A stretch of DNA of 64,000 nucleotides from Blepharisma stoltei ATCC 30299. Lineage: Eukaryota > Protista > Ciliophora. The notes beneath the pieces were generated by a model that was not told where the DNA came from, did not search any database, and was given only the letters and a program-made list of their open reading frames with translations. Each line of letters opens with the position of its first letter. Position 1 is the stretch's first letter. The DNA lies in NCBI GenBank assembly GCA_965603825.1, contig CBFDEM010000059.1, positions 1-64,000 of the forward strand, read 5' to 3'. Shown one piece after another: positions 25,421 through 39,386 of this stretch. Position numbers and translations under genes: made by a program.

Positions 25421-26983
25421 GGATCAAATTATTTAATATTAAGGCTTCTTCTTTAATATTTCAGCTGAGGTAAGCCATAAAATTCAATCTGGAAGGCGCT
25501 AAGAATGGCTTAAAGATAATGGAAAAAATAAATATCTGATCCATTATTTATTTAACATTAAGGAGATTTTGACTTCAAAATTTTATTTTCGAAAAATAGC
25601 TATCTAGAGGGGAAATTACACTTTGGATAAACAGTTAAACACCCTATAAGCCAAACTTAATTAAAATTATGCAAAATATAGCATTTAAACCAAAATTATG
25701 CTTATTATGTTTATAAATCATAAGTGTGCATTATGTAGAATTCTTCCAGAAATTTGATATCAAGTATCCTCGTGGATGCAATAGAGTCGCTCATCAGGCA
25801 GGCATTTAGGAATTTATAGATAGCGTATTTGTTATAGATAAATCTCAAGTCACCTTAATTTATATATTAGAATCTCGATCATTTTTATTAGAAATGCAAT
25901 TGAAATAATAGCGCATATTGCGTATATTAGTGGATTGCAGAGTTTATTTAAGAAATAGAAAAAGATTAATTAAGTCTATTACATATTTCCTATTTTATAT
26001 TCTGAGCATCCAAAATTGATGCAAAATTATTTTAAATAAATTATATTTCATTAAGAGCTGATTAAAGTGAATGCGGGTGTATATATGAAAATTCTAAAAT
26101 TTTATTTGCTAAATTTTTATAAGGTTGCAAAAGTGACATAAGGCAATAGAAAATATTCTAAAATTTAATACTATACTGAAGAGCTAGCAAAATTAATACT
26201 TGTGAATGGCAGATTGCCTTATTTAAGATTTTATCCTCTTCTGAAGATGCTTGATAGAAAATTTCTTGAAGAGTTTTTAAATATGACCTAAAGATGACAA
26301 TAAATGCTTTTGGCTTAAAGGCTATATGTTTTGCATTTATTCAGTTGCGGGTTATGGATTATATACCCTCAGAATAATTTTACTGAAACTAATTATTTGG
26401 GTAAAGCATTGCCTTTCATCTAGACTGGCATTCAGGAGCATTGATGAAATTTAGATAAATCTCTCATTATTTTTAGACATCTTGATAACCTTCAGAGGAA
26501 ATACCATAACAATAATTAGTGCATATTAGAGCACTGTAGAGTTTATTTTTATTATGGAAAAGGATGAATTAAAGTCTAATAATTATTTTCATATATACAT
26601 TCCAAGCATTTAAGTCTCTTATTTAATTATACTATATTTTAGTAAAGGTTGAGCTGAAAAAAAAATCAATGCGGATAGATATAAAACTTTTATCTAAAGA
26701 GCTGTAAATAATATAGTAACATAGAGTGAACAGCATGGAACTTCTGATCCTAACTCACTATATAATTTTTCTGAATTTATTCAAAAAGAATGCACAAGGG
26801 AGTTTTCCTAAAAATTATAATATCGCAGCGAAGTTATTAATTATATTTTAAAATCAAGTTATTTTTCTATAACAGCCAATACAAAATATATTTATAAAAT
26901 TTAAATGTATAATTTTTATTAAACATAATGCATCAAAATCTAAGATGCTTTTTATACAGAATAAAATTAATCTGAAATGCAAT

Positions 26984-28162
26984 TTAATTGCTAAAATCAG
27001 CTTTAAGCTGAGTGCCATCAGGCATTGTAAGTAAAGATTGATTATTTTTGATTCATGGATGATTCAAGGCGATGTCAATAGTTATCCTTTTATTGAAGTC
27101 AAATTCAAGCATTTTTCTAAGCAAATCTTTCAGTTCTCCTGCAGCTAAAATTCAATTATTTTCTTCAAAATCAAGGCCTCTTTTATAGCTGTTTAGGAGA
27201 TCATTCTTGCTTTGCCCTCGAAACGGAGGCTTTCCTTGGATCATTAAATATAAAATAACTCCAACACTTCAAATATCACTAGCAGGATTATCATAAACCC
27301 GACTGAGTATTTCAGGAGCCATATAGCAAGTCTATATGTAATTTACCACCCCATTTATTTTAATTTGGTCTTCTGGTTCTCAAGGATAATTTAAACCAAT
27401 TATTTTGCAATTAGTTTTCACATCTCTTGAGTCTATATAAATGTTTTCAAGGTTTAACCCTAAATGAAAAATTCTGTTCTTATGAAAATAATGTAAACCG
27501 CATAAAATATCTTTTATTATATTGCAAGCCATAGAGCTCCCAATATTTCCATTATGAATCTTATGAAGTAAATTATTTCCAGGAAAGAACTCATAAATTA
27601 AAGATCAATTTTCTTCTGATTCATAGACTTCGTGAAGCTTGATAACGTTTGGGTGATCCTAAATTATTCTTACAAGACATTGGAATTTTTGAATTTCCAT
27701 TATATATTTTTCTTGAGCTTCTATAGGTATTGAAGCTTTTTCAACTTCTCTAATAACCCTTTTAAGCCCAGTTTTTCGATCTTTTGCCAAAAAAGTTTTT
27801 CCATTTTTCTCAGAATGTAGCTTTCTGACGACTGAGAAATTATCTTTAATAAGGATTTTCAAAAATGCATGTGAGAAGCCTTCATTAAATAAGTCACCTG
27901 AAGAGTTAGTATCAGGAGTTTTTGTTGAGGATAATTTCATGTTTTTTGATAAGAATGGGCTCTTTGGCGGTGAAGGGCTTGATGATCAAGCTTTATAATG
28001 TCGCTTTGGTGTTCTTGGCGACAGTTTCGATTTTCGCCCTATATTAGATGTTTCTGGAGCAATTATTTTGAACTCGATTTCTGACTTTAAAGATTTAGTA
28101 GAAATGGCAACCTGATCCTCTTCACAGGTGGGATCTGACCGTTTGGAGCAGCAGCAACCCAT
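26984..28162 (-). CDS. CAMK/CDPK-like pseudokinase with N-terminal MGCCC acylation motif and two 15-nt introns (382 aa)
   Basis: Open frame with TGA=Trp after removing both introns. HPNVIKL, YMAPE, DIWSVGV, PPF and HPW are present; VAIK, HRD and DFG are replaced (RVIRE, HLGLNLEN, IGL). Confidence 0.85.
27332..27346 (-). other. 15-nt spliceosomal intron GTAAATTACATATAG
   Basis: Removal joins NGV|TCYMAPE and removes an in-frame TAG. Confidence 0.88.
27659..27673 (-). other. 15-nt spliceosomal intron GTAAGAATAATTTAG
   Basis: Removal joins CL|DHPNVIKL and removes an in-frame TAG. Confidence 0.9.
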
Positions 28163-28972
28163 TTTCTTTGTTCTAAAAACGATAATTAAAAACGGAATAA
28201 AAAAATGTTTTGGAAGTAAATTATTCAAAAGTTGGGGTTTTTAAAGTGATATATTCTAATCTATAATCTTATGTGATAGCCTAATATGCATAATTTTATT
28301 ATAAATCAATTTTTTTAAAATATCAAACTTTATGGCATTTTTAACAATAAATTTCCAAAATTATATAAATGAATAATAGTCTATTAATATAAATTTTATT
28401 ACGTTTATTAAAGATTTAGATAGAATAATGCTATGCTCTAAGGATTTGCTTATATTTTAATTAGATTATAATTTTAACTTCCCTTTTTATTAATTACTTG
28501 AGATGTGAATTTAAATTTGTCTAGCTCCAATTAAAATAATAAAAAATTAGCTTAATTTGTTCTTATATGATAATATGGAGTATTGAAGGTTTAGGACACC
28601 AAAGATTATTATTTGCTTATCACACTTAAAGCAGCTGCCATATTCTGTTGACAAATTAGCAATAATTTTAATGCATATTCTTTCTAATAGCTTCATAAGA
28701 CATGACTTTACTAAATTTCTATTATCATTCCTTCACAATATGCTTCTTTGTTTGGGATAAGTCTGGTAATAAAATCAAGAATTTATCATATAATAGTTAA
28801 TATTAATAAATATAATATTTTAACATAATATAGTCCTAAAATTCATGTAAAATTTTAAAAAATTGGAGATAAGTGCTCCATATAAACAATAAAGGAACTG
28901 GTTTGCAAAAATAGTCCGATTTTTAAACAAATTTCTATTATTTCTATTTTAATAAGCCCCCTATAAATCAAA

Positions 28973-29482
28973 ATGAAATATCGTAAAGGAAGCGATAAAA
29001 AGGAAGAAAAAGAAGAAAATGACAAGCAAAACCAATCTGCTGAAACCAAGCGAGAAGCCTATTTTTCTCATCTTTCCAAAGAATTCACAAAATCCCTCAG
29101 AGAAGAAAACTACGAAGATGCAGAAGCTCTTCTAAAAGACCTTGCCAAGCCTGAACTAATGGAACTTATTAAACGGGAAAGGCTCAACCTATTTAAGCTT
29201 GCCCTTATCACTTGCAAACTTCCTACAGTCCTTAACTGACTTATCAATAACTTACCGACAAAGCAAATGAAAAGAATTATTTCCTCAGAAAAATTCGCAA
29301 AACTTAAAGATTTTTTGCTAGAATTTATAGTCCACTCTAAAAGAAACCGAGTTTCAGAGAAAAAGCGGAACCTTTCAATACAAAAAGCTAAATTGCTGTT
29401 TAGCATTGGGGATAAACAAGTTAATAAGATCATACTTAACCACGTGCCATGGGTTAAAGAATACAAACTAAAAGAAAAATAA
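28973..29482 (+). CDS. Hypothetical protein, 169 aa
   Basis: Two ORFs in one frame joined by TGA 29237-29239; ends in TAA. Confidence 0.7.
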
Positions 29483-29516
29483 TTTATAGACTAATAAATA
29501 TGTTATTCATTATTAC

Positions 29517-30446
29517 CTAAAGCATTCTTCTGTTTTCCAGCAATTTCTTTATATAAAACATTTGCCAAAAAGTAACCACAGCCACCCCAAAGCTCTCTAA
29601 AATGCTGAACCAGAACAAATTATCATTAGCACTCGCCACAGTCCTATAATGAGACTCCATTCTTAGCGTCGCGAATTGATTATCAACCTGAAAATCCTTT
29701 ACTCCTTTTTGGATTTTCACTAAATATTGCTCTACAGGCTCTAAGTGCTGATTTAAAAGAATTTCTTCGGTTGAGTTCCCAGTATGCAGAGCTAGCGTCA
29801 CATAATGTTTTTGCAATAAGCTGTAATTTTTGAACCTCAGGAAATACTGGCCTTTATACATAGCATCAAACCAAAAAACAGCTTCTTTCCTTTTTCTGAG
29901 CTCAATAAGGACTCTGTCCCTGGGGTCGACAACAAAAAAGTCAATATCAGTAGTTTCTTTACTTGAGATAAACCAAGCTCCACGTACGTGTGAAGGTGAA
30001 ATAGTTATATCAGCGTAAAATTCGTCTTCGCCACGTGGGACCATTTCAAAAGTGATCATTTCGTCAGGGACGAAGTCTTTCATGTGCTCTTCCCATTCTT
30101 TGGCAAGATCATATGTAGGGTCATCAGGGTTAACTTCGTGATGCTTGTAATCAGGGTCGTTTTCTCTTAATAAGTCTTCTTTGGTTATAGTATTTAAAGG
30201 AATTCCTCTAAAAGGCTCTTTAGCAGCTTCATCCTTTGGGGCAGGATTTTGAGCTGGAGGGTCTGCTGGCACAAATTTTTCATCATTAATTGGATTATTT
30301 GGGGCTTGATATATTTCTTCTTTATTTAGCGCTGAGTTTTCAAGTTCTTGCTGCTCATCAGTACTGTGTTCATGCTTTGGGATTTGCTCTTCTTGGTCTA
30401 TTTGAGCAAAAGCTATGCTGATTATGATAAATAGTAAAATTTTCAT
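29517..30446 (-). CDS. p24/emp24 (TMED) GOLD-domain cargo receptor with an acidic N-terminal extension
   Basis: Signal peptide MKILLFIIISIAFA, GOLD motifs (DIDFFVVDP, GQYFLRFKN), coiled coil, TM WFSILESFGVAVVTFWQMFYIKKL. Alternative start at 30470. Confidence 0.92.
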   Translation of the reverse strand: MKILLFIIISIAFAQIDQEEQIPKHEHSTDEQQELENSALNKEEIYQAPNNPINDEKFVPADPPAQNPAPKDEAAKEPFRGIPLNTITKEDLLRENDPDYKHHEVNPDDPTYDLAKEWEEHMKDFVPDEMITFEMVPRGEDEFYADITISPSHVRGAWFISSKETTDIDFFVVDPRDRVLIELRKRKEAVFWFDAMYKGQYFLRFKNYSLLQKHYVTLALHTGNSTEEILLNQHLEPVEQYLVKIQKGVKDFQVDNQFATLRMESHYRTVASANDNLFWFSILESFGVAVVTFWQMFYIKKLLENRRML

Positions 30447-30767
30447 AATTATCTTATGTGGAATTGCCATGTACCCAATTTATTTCACATTAAAAGAAAA
30501 TTCTAAGCAATATGATTGTAAATTATCAAATAAAATTCTACTTTTCTTTAAATTTTGCGAATCTAATGTATTTTTCTATAAATAGCTCGCTGAAAATATA
30601 ATTTTGAGAGAAATTTTCATGCGTTGTGTTAGTAATATATCTAGATAAAATGAGATCATAAGGCATCAAATTGAAGCTTTATCCTAATATATATTTCTTT
30701 CTGTTTAAGTAAATAAGAATTAATGATCCATTGCATATTTTTAACACTAAAATAATTAATTTTTAAG

Positions 30768-31970
30768 ATGGCATCAGAACAAAAAGCTAGTCTTCAATGT
30801 TTGAGCTTAAATCTGCTTACAGAAATTTCTGAATATCTTCTACCCCTTGATATAGTCTCTCTCCTTGGAGTCTGCAAACGCCTCCACTCTTTTTGGACCT
30901 CCAAACTCGCCTATAAAACAATCCTAAACCCACCCTATTTCAATCTAACTGTTAGAGAATCATGGCTTCTTTTGCAAATCAAATATTTATCTGAGCGTAA
31001 AAATTATCCTGAAATTCAAAGAATTGGTTCCTTGAAAATGATTTATGTTCTCGATATATCTTATAGCCCTTTGGTTTTGACCTTATTTTTAGATAAAAAT
31101 TTATCAAAATGAAAACCATATAAAAACAATAGATACAAAATTATCAAAAATCTTGAAACGAATTTCTCAGTTCATTCTCTGGCTTATCACAATGGCCATT
31201 TATGCATTCTATATACCAATAATATGCTGAGATGTTTATTAAATAGTGAAATATTGCTTAATATTGAGAATTTTGAAATAAATTATTTAAATGTGCTGAA
31301 AATGTTTTATTTGAATAATGCTGAGTATTTAGTATTATTTCTCAATTCAGGATGAGTCGTTTTTATGAATAATCAATGCGAAATTATTTCAAATCGAAAA
31401 ATAGGTACTATTTCTGAATATAAAGTAATAAAAAATGATATCTTTATTGCGTGTGTATATAATGAAGTCATTGCTATATCCCCAAATAAAGTCCAAAAAC
31501 TTTGTGTCTTCAAAGATATAGTTAGCCCAAATATTTTTATAAATAAAGAAAGTCAAAAAATAATAATAGGAATTTCGAAAAATGTAGAGACTCAATTTCA
31601 GCATAAATCAATTCAAATTGCAAAAAAAGGAAAATATTATGCAGATATTGAGAGGCGTTTGTTTTTCCAAAAGATTAACAATAGAAGTTGTGTCTCAGTC
31701 GTTGATGAAAAAACTAATAAAAAATATCGATTTAAAGCTGCTAGGGAAGTTGCTAGCATATTTGGCGACAAAAGAATGATACTTGTAGCAGTAAACCACT
31801 GAGAGAATAGGCAAACAAGTCTTTTATTTTATTTATGAGAAGATGGATCGCCAATTTTTACAAAAGATTTTGATAAGAATATAAATGTTTTAGGATTTGA
31901 GTTTCCTTATGTCATTTATTCGTATACTTCTGATATAATGATTGAGGAAATTCATGTTATGAAGTTGTAG
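30768..31970 (+). CDS. F-box-like protein with beta-rich C-terminus, paralog 1 (400 aa)
   Basis: N-terminal LQCLSLNLLTEISEYLLPLDIVSLLGVCK..W fits the F-box pattern. One frame with TGA=Trp to TAG 31970. Confidence 0.8.
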
Positions 31971-32502
31971 GGAAAAAATTAGATAAATTTTAAAAATTAT
32001 AAATAATTTATAGTAAGTCATCTCTCCATATAAGAACAGTCTCAGTTATTAAAAATACTTTTAGATACTATAGAGAAAATAGCCATGTGATATTTAAATT
32101 CAATTTAATGTGGAAATATTTTTAAGTCTAATAATTCTCTTATTTCAATTGATAATTGAGCATAGAGAATGCATATTAAATTGAGCAAAGATTTTAAGAT
32201 TAAAGAATTAAGCTTCAATCCTTTAATAATGAATTTTTCAGTACAAAAATAATAGTAGTTTAAGCATTAATAATATAATTTTAAAAAATCAACAATGAAG
32301 ATCGAATTCCTTGAATTAGGCTTTGTTATAAATTGGAGTTACACAAAAATAATATTTTGTTTTAACGATTTAAAAAAAATTTTTTATTTTATTTAGCCAA
32401 TAAATCCTTGTAATTTTGAGGCATTAATATAAGATTGATATGGATATCGATATAATAAATTTATAAACTCTTATTATAAAGTTGTTTATTTAATAACTAT
32501 AA

Positions 32503-33699
32503 ATGGCATCAGGCTTCTTCAGATTGTCAGCTTTAAGTTACAACCTCTTCAATGAAATCGCTGATTTTTTGGAACCTCAAGAAATAGTCACAGTTTTGAG
32601 CATAAATAAATACTTTAATAAATTTTGGAACTTCAGGGTCGCTGAAAAAATTTTCCCTCATATAAACTTTAGCACTGGTCTGAAACCTCGAGACAGATGA
32701 AGACTGGGAAAAATTAAATATTTTGCTCCTAAGTTTGCCTCATCAACAAAATCAATCGCTTCAAGCAAACGAATTTATCCTCTTTCAATCACATTTGACC
32801 CATTAAAAATTATCGCTTTAAGAGATATGTCCTTATCATTATGATTCCCTGAAACTAACGAAATAAAAATTATACCAATTTTACATGAAAATTTTTCTAT
32901 TCACTTAATTGCATATGAAAATGATCAATTAGCGATTATTTACACAAACAATAAGCTAGTTTTTTATACAGAAAGTGGGGAAATTAAACGAGAGCTTGAT
33001 ATTTGCTATTTATATATATCTAAAATATTTTATTTGGAAAAAGGAAATTATTTGGCTCTTGTCTCAACCTCTAGTGAAATAATATTTATGAATAATTTAG
33101 GAGAAACTGTGTCAAAAAGGACAATTGGGTTTCTTGCTAAATATAAAATAGTAAATTCTGACATATTCATAGGTCTTGTCAGAAGCCAATTATTAGCTAT
33201 ATCTCCCCATAAAGTAAAATTGCTTTTAGAGTGAAATGATTATAGGCGGATTCCAGATTTTTGGGTAGATAAGAAAAACAGCAAAATAATTGCTCATAGT
33301 ACAACTGATTTTCAGTTTGGATATAAGAATCCACAAGTAGAAGTTAAATCTTTTGGAGGGTTGATTTTCTTAGTAAATGAGCACTATCTTATGTGATTAC
33401 AAGCGCAGCATGGCATTGAGAGTACTGTTATAATTGACCAAGAAACCGAGGATATGTATGAAATTGATATGAAAGGAAAAATTTTTCAAATAGTGGGAGA
33501 TAAAAATTTAATTGTAGCCCATTTTATAGATATGAAAAGAAACACTATTTTATATTTTTTTATATGAAAGGAGAGGGAGCCACTTTATGCCTTAAAAATA
33601 CATGAAAGTTTTGAAATATTAGATTTCCAATTTCCTTATCTAATTTATATGGTGACTTGCGATGATGGAATAGGAAAATTAAAAGTAATGAAGGTGTAA
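32503..33699 (+). CDS. F-box-like protein, paralog 2 (398 aa)
   Basis: LSYNLFNEIADFLEPQEIVTVLSINK..W; in frame to TAA 33699; shares the C-terminal F.FPY.IY motif. Confidence 0.8.
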
Positions 33700-33799
33700 T
33701 TATTTAAGTTTATTAATTAATTTCTTTGATATTTAAAAATTTTTATAGGGTTTATATTCCATAATTTCCTCAATTTCTACAATTATTTAAGTCTTGTAT

Positions 33800-35286
33800 A
33801 TGTCATCGGGAAACCTAGTTGATACCCTCAACCATAATCTCCTCAATGAAATTGCTGGATTTTTAAAGCCACACGAAATTGTAAGGCTTTTTAGCATAAA
33901 CAAGCATTTCAATAAGTATTGAAATACCAAAATCGCTAAAATTTTCCCAGGTTTTCAAATCAGTTCAGATATGAATCTCCAAGACTTATGGAGATTGGCC
34001 AAAATTAGATACCTTGAATCAGAAAATCTCCATTGGTCCGTAAAGCATTTTCGAATTAGATGCAATTCTCCTCTCTACACCTTATATATGATCCTTTAAA
34101 AATAGTTCTTTTCAGCGAAAACGATTTTATTATATGACTTCCAGAATCTGATGAAATAAAGTTCATCAAGATTTCATATCAAAATGATTATCGCTTGAGT
34201 TCATATGAAGGAAACAATTTAGCTGTTTTATATAAAAATAACAAAATTGTTTTTTACTCAGATGACGGAACTGTAAGAAATGAAATAAGTTTGAATAAAA
34301 TTAAAAATCATGAAGTTAGCAAAATGCAACTCTTGAAATGTGGAAAATATCAATTATTAAGATATCCACCTGTAAGATTAAGGAATAGCAATGCATAAGC
34401 TAGATAAAGCTATTAGTAAGATTAAACTAACTTCTGATGATGCAGTAGTTTATCATTCAGGAAAGAAAATTTATAAACTTTCTCCATGATTAATTATTAG
34501 CTTAGAGTTATTCATGCATTCGCAGCTATTGTAATTTTGGTTTAGATAAGCTAAAAGCATTATTGATGATACTATTATATATCAATTCGATGTGTGTATA
34601 TGCTAGGTTTCACAGGCGAAAGTGTATCGGAGATGGTGATGAACCAAAGTTCAGTCCTGGGCATGAATTTATAGTGGGAAAATGGGACATTAAGCTGGAA
34701 AGGATTCCCAACATGCCAGAGGGATGATTTTATTTTCCAGTAGAAACATATATATAGTACAATGCCAGATGTTGCATCCTAGACTGTGAGTTTTCATTTC
34801 TTCATCAGCTGGCCAGAAATTTCAGCCTTTTGAATTTTCTATAACGACTCTGATAAACTTGGAAAAATAATCGTTCATACCCCATATTATGGTGAATTCA
34901 AAAAGGACCCTTCAGTCATGATAGTAAATTTTGATGAAAAAGCATGATTTGCGAATGGACTCCTTTTAACAGCGCCTTCAAAACTTGAAAGAAATTTTCT
35001 AATAACTGAAGAAACGTCTTATATGAAGTATGAAGTCCCGAAGTGCGGAAAAGTATCAAGTATCATTGGAGATAGCAATATATTTTTAGTTCATCTTTCT
35101 GATTATTTTTATCCTGGATATGGACTTATTCATGTTCTGTATTTCTACATATGAGGAGAGAGGCTTCCATTTTATGAAAAATATTTTTTTAAGCACATTG
35201 AAATTTTAGAAGTCAAATTCCCATATATAGTTTATATGATACCAAATAAAGATGGAGTGAATGATTTCTATGCAAAGAGGCTTTAA
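33800..35286 (+). pseudogene. F-box-like paralog 3, frameshifted and interrupted by ~300 bp of foreign sequence (about 34500-34795)
   Basis: Start LNHNLLNEIAGFLKPHEIV and end WGERLPFYEK...KRL* match paralog 4. The frame changes near 34075. Confidence 0.75.
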
Positions 35287-35519
35287 TTGCTAAATGCTTT
35301 ACTATTATTAACTTTAGTTTCTTATATATAACTACTTTATAATTCTAATAGAATCCGCAATTTTTATGTAAGAAAAATTATTATAAAATGCTACTAGTTA
35401 AGCTAGCAAATTTATCAACTTAATAAAAAGAATTCATATTCGTTTATCTAAGGGTATATAGGCAGACATCTCTATAAAATTTCACCACGATTATTTACAT
35501 CTCGTTAAATTCCATAAAT

Positions 35520-35960
35520 ATTTACTAGAGAACTTTTGGTTTGACCAAGAAAACCCAAAAATAATTGCTCATCGTCTATATCAAAAGCAAATAGGAAAAC
35601 CCTTCAGTTTTAGTGAAGAAATTAATGGAAAATCTTTTTAGTGAGTAGGCTCTTTTTAACAGTATCTTGGATTATGCCTGAATCAAATTTTATAATTTGT
35701 GAAGTGAAATTTCGTATACAGAATGAAATCCCAATGGCAGGAGGGGTATTAAGCGGACAAAAATTAGCTTTTATATCACCTTTATTGTAGTTATGATAGT
35801 GAGCTCGCGAATATTGTATATTTCTACATGATAAGAAAGGCTTCCTTTTTATAAAAAACTTCTCAATAAGCGATTTTTTAGAAGTCAGTATCCATATGTT
35901 ATATTTAAGATACCTAATAAATGTGATGTTTCTGATATCTATGCTGCGAGACTTTATTAG
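35520..35960 (+). pseudogene. Degraded 3'-half remnant of an F-box family gene
   Basis: Remnants of ttttggtttgac..caaaaaataatt, gaaatcccaatg and aggcttcctttttataaaaaa match paralogs 3 and 4. Confidence 0.6.
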
Positions 35961-36294
35961 TTGGTATTATAAGTTTTAGTTTCCTTATATATTTTTAATA
36001 TATATTTCATATTTATCTTAGTCTCTCATTGTCCATGCTCTAATAAAATAAGGGGACATCCTTCAGTTTTAAAGACCATTTTGATGAAAAAGTGCGGCTT
36101 TTCGTCAGCTTCTTGAACCATGCATTAGCAAAAAGCCTAATAAATTCCAAACAGAGAAAGAGCAAGAGTGTAAACATAGAATTGAGGATATTAACATATT
36201 TTCAGCTCGAGATAAATATGGATATATTCATATTCTGTTTTTCAGAATTAGGAGTCTCATAAATTAATTATTCTATATCATTATATTTATAATA

Positions 36295-37512
36295 ATGACG
36301 TCAAGAAGCTTATTCGAAACCTTGAACTATAATCTTCTAAATGAAATTGCTGAATTTTTGAAACCACATGAAATAGTTGCAATTTTAAGCGTAAACAAGC
36401 ACTTAAATAAGTTTTGAAATAGCAATATTACTGACAAAATTTTCCCTGGTTTAGAAAGCAGTGGAAATTTAAACCCTTGGATCCGATGGAAACTGACCAA
36501 AATAAAATACCTAGAGACTGAAAATCTTGATTTGCCTATTAAAAGCATATGGCTTCACAAAAATAACTACCCTCTCAAAATCTCATTTGACCCTCTAAAA
36601 ATCATTCTTTTTCAGCACGATAATTTCATTACATGAATTCCAGAATCCGACAAAACAAAAAGCATAAAAGTTGGGAATAAAGAGGATTCTGCTTATTTAA
36701 GTGCTTATGAAAACAATAATCTAGCAGTTTTATACACAAATAGCAAGCTGGTATTTTATTTAGATAATGGAATTATTAGAGTTGAGAATAATTTAGGAAG
36801 CTGGAATAGCCTTGCTTCGACCAAACTACTCTATTTAAAAGGTGGGAGATATTTGATTATTGCCAATAAATTTAGTGAAATTGCTTTTATAGACAGTATT
36901 ACTGGGAAAATTATAACAAAGCAAAAGCTAGAAAGTCCTATTGAAAAGCTAAAGCCGCTAACTCGAGATACTCTAGTTTGTCTGTCAGGGAGGCAGCTTT
37001 GAGCAGTTTCTCCATGATTAGTTAAGCTTCTCATTAGTTTTCCTGGTGATATGCCAATTGATTTTTGGTATAATAAAGAAATTCAAAAAATAATCATCCA
37101 CAGCCCATATAGTAACTATCTTTTTGATAAAGACCCTTCCGTTATATTGAAAAAGTTTAGTGGGAAAATTTTTCATGTAAACAAGCGCTTTTTCACAGTT
37201 CCTTGCGATATGTCAAGTGAAAGATTAGTTGTTGGAGAAGAAGACTCTCAAATGCACTACGAAATTCCAATGAATGGAGAGGTATTTAATATTATTGGAG
37301 ATAATAATATGTTTGTAGTCCATCTGGTTCATTTTACTCCAGAATGCCAATATATTTATTTTATGTATTTTTATTTATGAGGAGAAAGGCTGCCGTTTTA
37401 TGAAAAGCATTTCTACAAATGCTTTGAAATTTTAGATTTTAAATTTCCAAACTTGATTTACATGATAATTAACGATGATGGTATAAATGACGTTTGTGCA
37501 ATGAGACTGTAA
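36295..37512 (+). CDS. F-box-like protein, paralog 4 (405 aa)
   Basis: LNYNLLNEIAEFLKPHEIVAILSVNK..W; single frame with TGA=Trp to TAA 37512. Confidence 0.82.
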
Positions 37513-37777
37513 TTTATTCTGTTATCTAGTTTATTTATTTATATAGATACTCAAAAACAAGATAAAAATTAATTACAGAAATAGGCTTAGAACTAAATTA
37601 AATAAGCTTAAAATAAAATTCATAAATAAATATCTGAAAATACCAATATATCTACTTACCAAGGATGTATTCATATTAAAATCATATTTCACAATTTTAT
37701 TGATTTTTCTTTAATTAAATATTTTATCACATTTTAGCCTTTTATGTTTTCCACAAAATATAATTAAATTATAGCTA

Positions 37778-39238
37778 ATGTATTGCAATAGCGAGGGATG
37801 CCAAGGCAAGCCAGCTGCATGATGTGAGTGCCAAAACCAAAAAACCCTTATTTGCCAATCCCACATAGCATCTCATCTCCAGACCCCAGCTCCCAATGGC
37901 CAGATTCACTTTATTAAAGTAATCGAATACAAAAGCATCAATTTATCAGCATCAAAAAACCTCATTAAAACAGTCCAAACCAAAAGAGAAAAACTAATCT
38001 CTTCTAAGGAAGAAATGATCAAAACTGCTCATGAAGAAATATTTGCTATAGAAGCAAGGCTAAAAGAATCAATAAGAAAAATCAATGATGAATTAGAAAA
38101 TTTAAATGGGCTAATTTGCGAAATAATTTCAATTTCAGAAATCCCAAATATCCCCCTAAGTCCAATCCGCGAAATATTAAGCCTGCCAGACCTCGATGCT
38201 GCTAAAAAACTTGACGAGCTTTTATCAGCTGAAACCTCCGAATTTGCAGATGCTTCGCCCTCTCTCGTAATATCAGCCTGAAAAAGTGCTCAAAATACTA
38301 TTGACTATGGCAGCTTGCATGAATGCTGCAACCCGATAAAAGTAAGCTCAAAAGGAATAAGAGCAGTTTCCTTTTCCCCATCTGGACATCTATTTGCTAC
38401 TGCAGGATTAGACTCAAATTTGCGACTTTGGAACTTCAAAACTCAAACACTGGTCGCAACTTATGGAGAGCACGACCCAAAAAGGATAAATTCAATAGCA
38501 TTTCACCCTACTGGGAGCTTTGTCGTATCATCCAGTGCCGACAACACCATGATCCTTTGGACTCCTTTCCATCAAAAATCTATAAAAACATTCAAAGGTC
38601 ATGAAGGCTCTGTCAGATCTGTGTGTTTTTCACCAGATGGCTATTTTATAGCATCTGGAAGCAATGATAAAACAGTAAAATACTGATTTATAGCCCAAGG
38701 CTTAATTGTTCACAGCTTTAGAGGCCATTTAAAAGAAGTCACATGTGTCACATTTTCCCCTAGTGGTCGTTTTATTGCCTCAGGAAGTGCGGATTCTACG
38801 GTTAAAATATGGAAAATTGCTGAAAGGTGTATGGGCACTGAGATAAAATCAGAACCAGGCGAAATTAAAACGATTTCTTATTCTCATTCAGGTAATTTAA
38901 TTGCATGGGGAGGGGAAAATAGGGCAATTTGGCTTTATTTTTTTAAAACAAAAACAAGTTCAAAACTGGCAGGACATACAGATACAGTTGAAAGTTTGGT
39001 TTTTTCACATTGCGATAATTTTATTATTTCAGGGGCTGGAGATAAGATTATTATTGTGTGGGATTTGAGGGATAATCGACAAGTCAGAGTGCTGAGAGGA
39101 CATTCAGCAGCAGTTAGGTCATTAGCGTTTTCACCATGTGGGAAATATATTATTTCAAGTAGTGAGGATGGGTGCATTAAAACTTGGGGAGTTGATGAGA
39201 CCGCAGCTCTTGGGCAACGCTCAAAGACTACTATTTAA
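37778..39238 (+). CDS. Cys/His Zn module + coiled coil + WD40 propeller protein (486 aa)
   Basis: Begins MYCNSEGCQGKPAAWCECQNQKTLICQSHIASH; about seven canonical GH..WD repeats; all supplied ORFs in one frame. Confidence 0.9.
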
Positions 39239-39386
39239 ATAATTAAGGACAAATTTAATAATCTTATGATATATTTATAACTTTTTGTATTTAGGGTATA
39301 TCTTAAAGAATTCAGCTTCGATAAAAATTACTCTTTTTTGGAATACTATATCATACTTCATACTAATTAATATTTTATTTATAAAA

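Noticed and set aside
25638-25646. Internal telomere-like AACACCCTA
   Set aside because: Only 9 bp, which is compatible with chance in 64 kb.
25420-26980. Possible gene or RNA gene in the 1.5-kb gap
   Set aside because: I recognised no sustained reading frame (even with UGA=Trp) and no tRNA- or rRNA-like structure.
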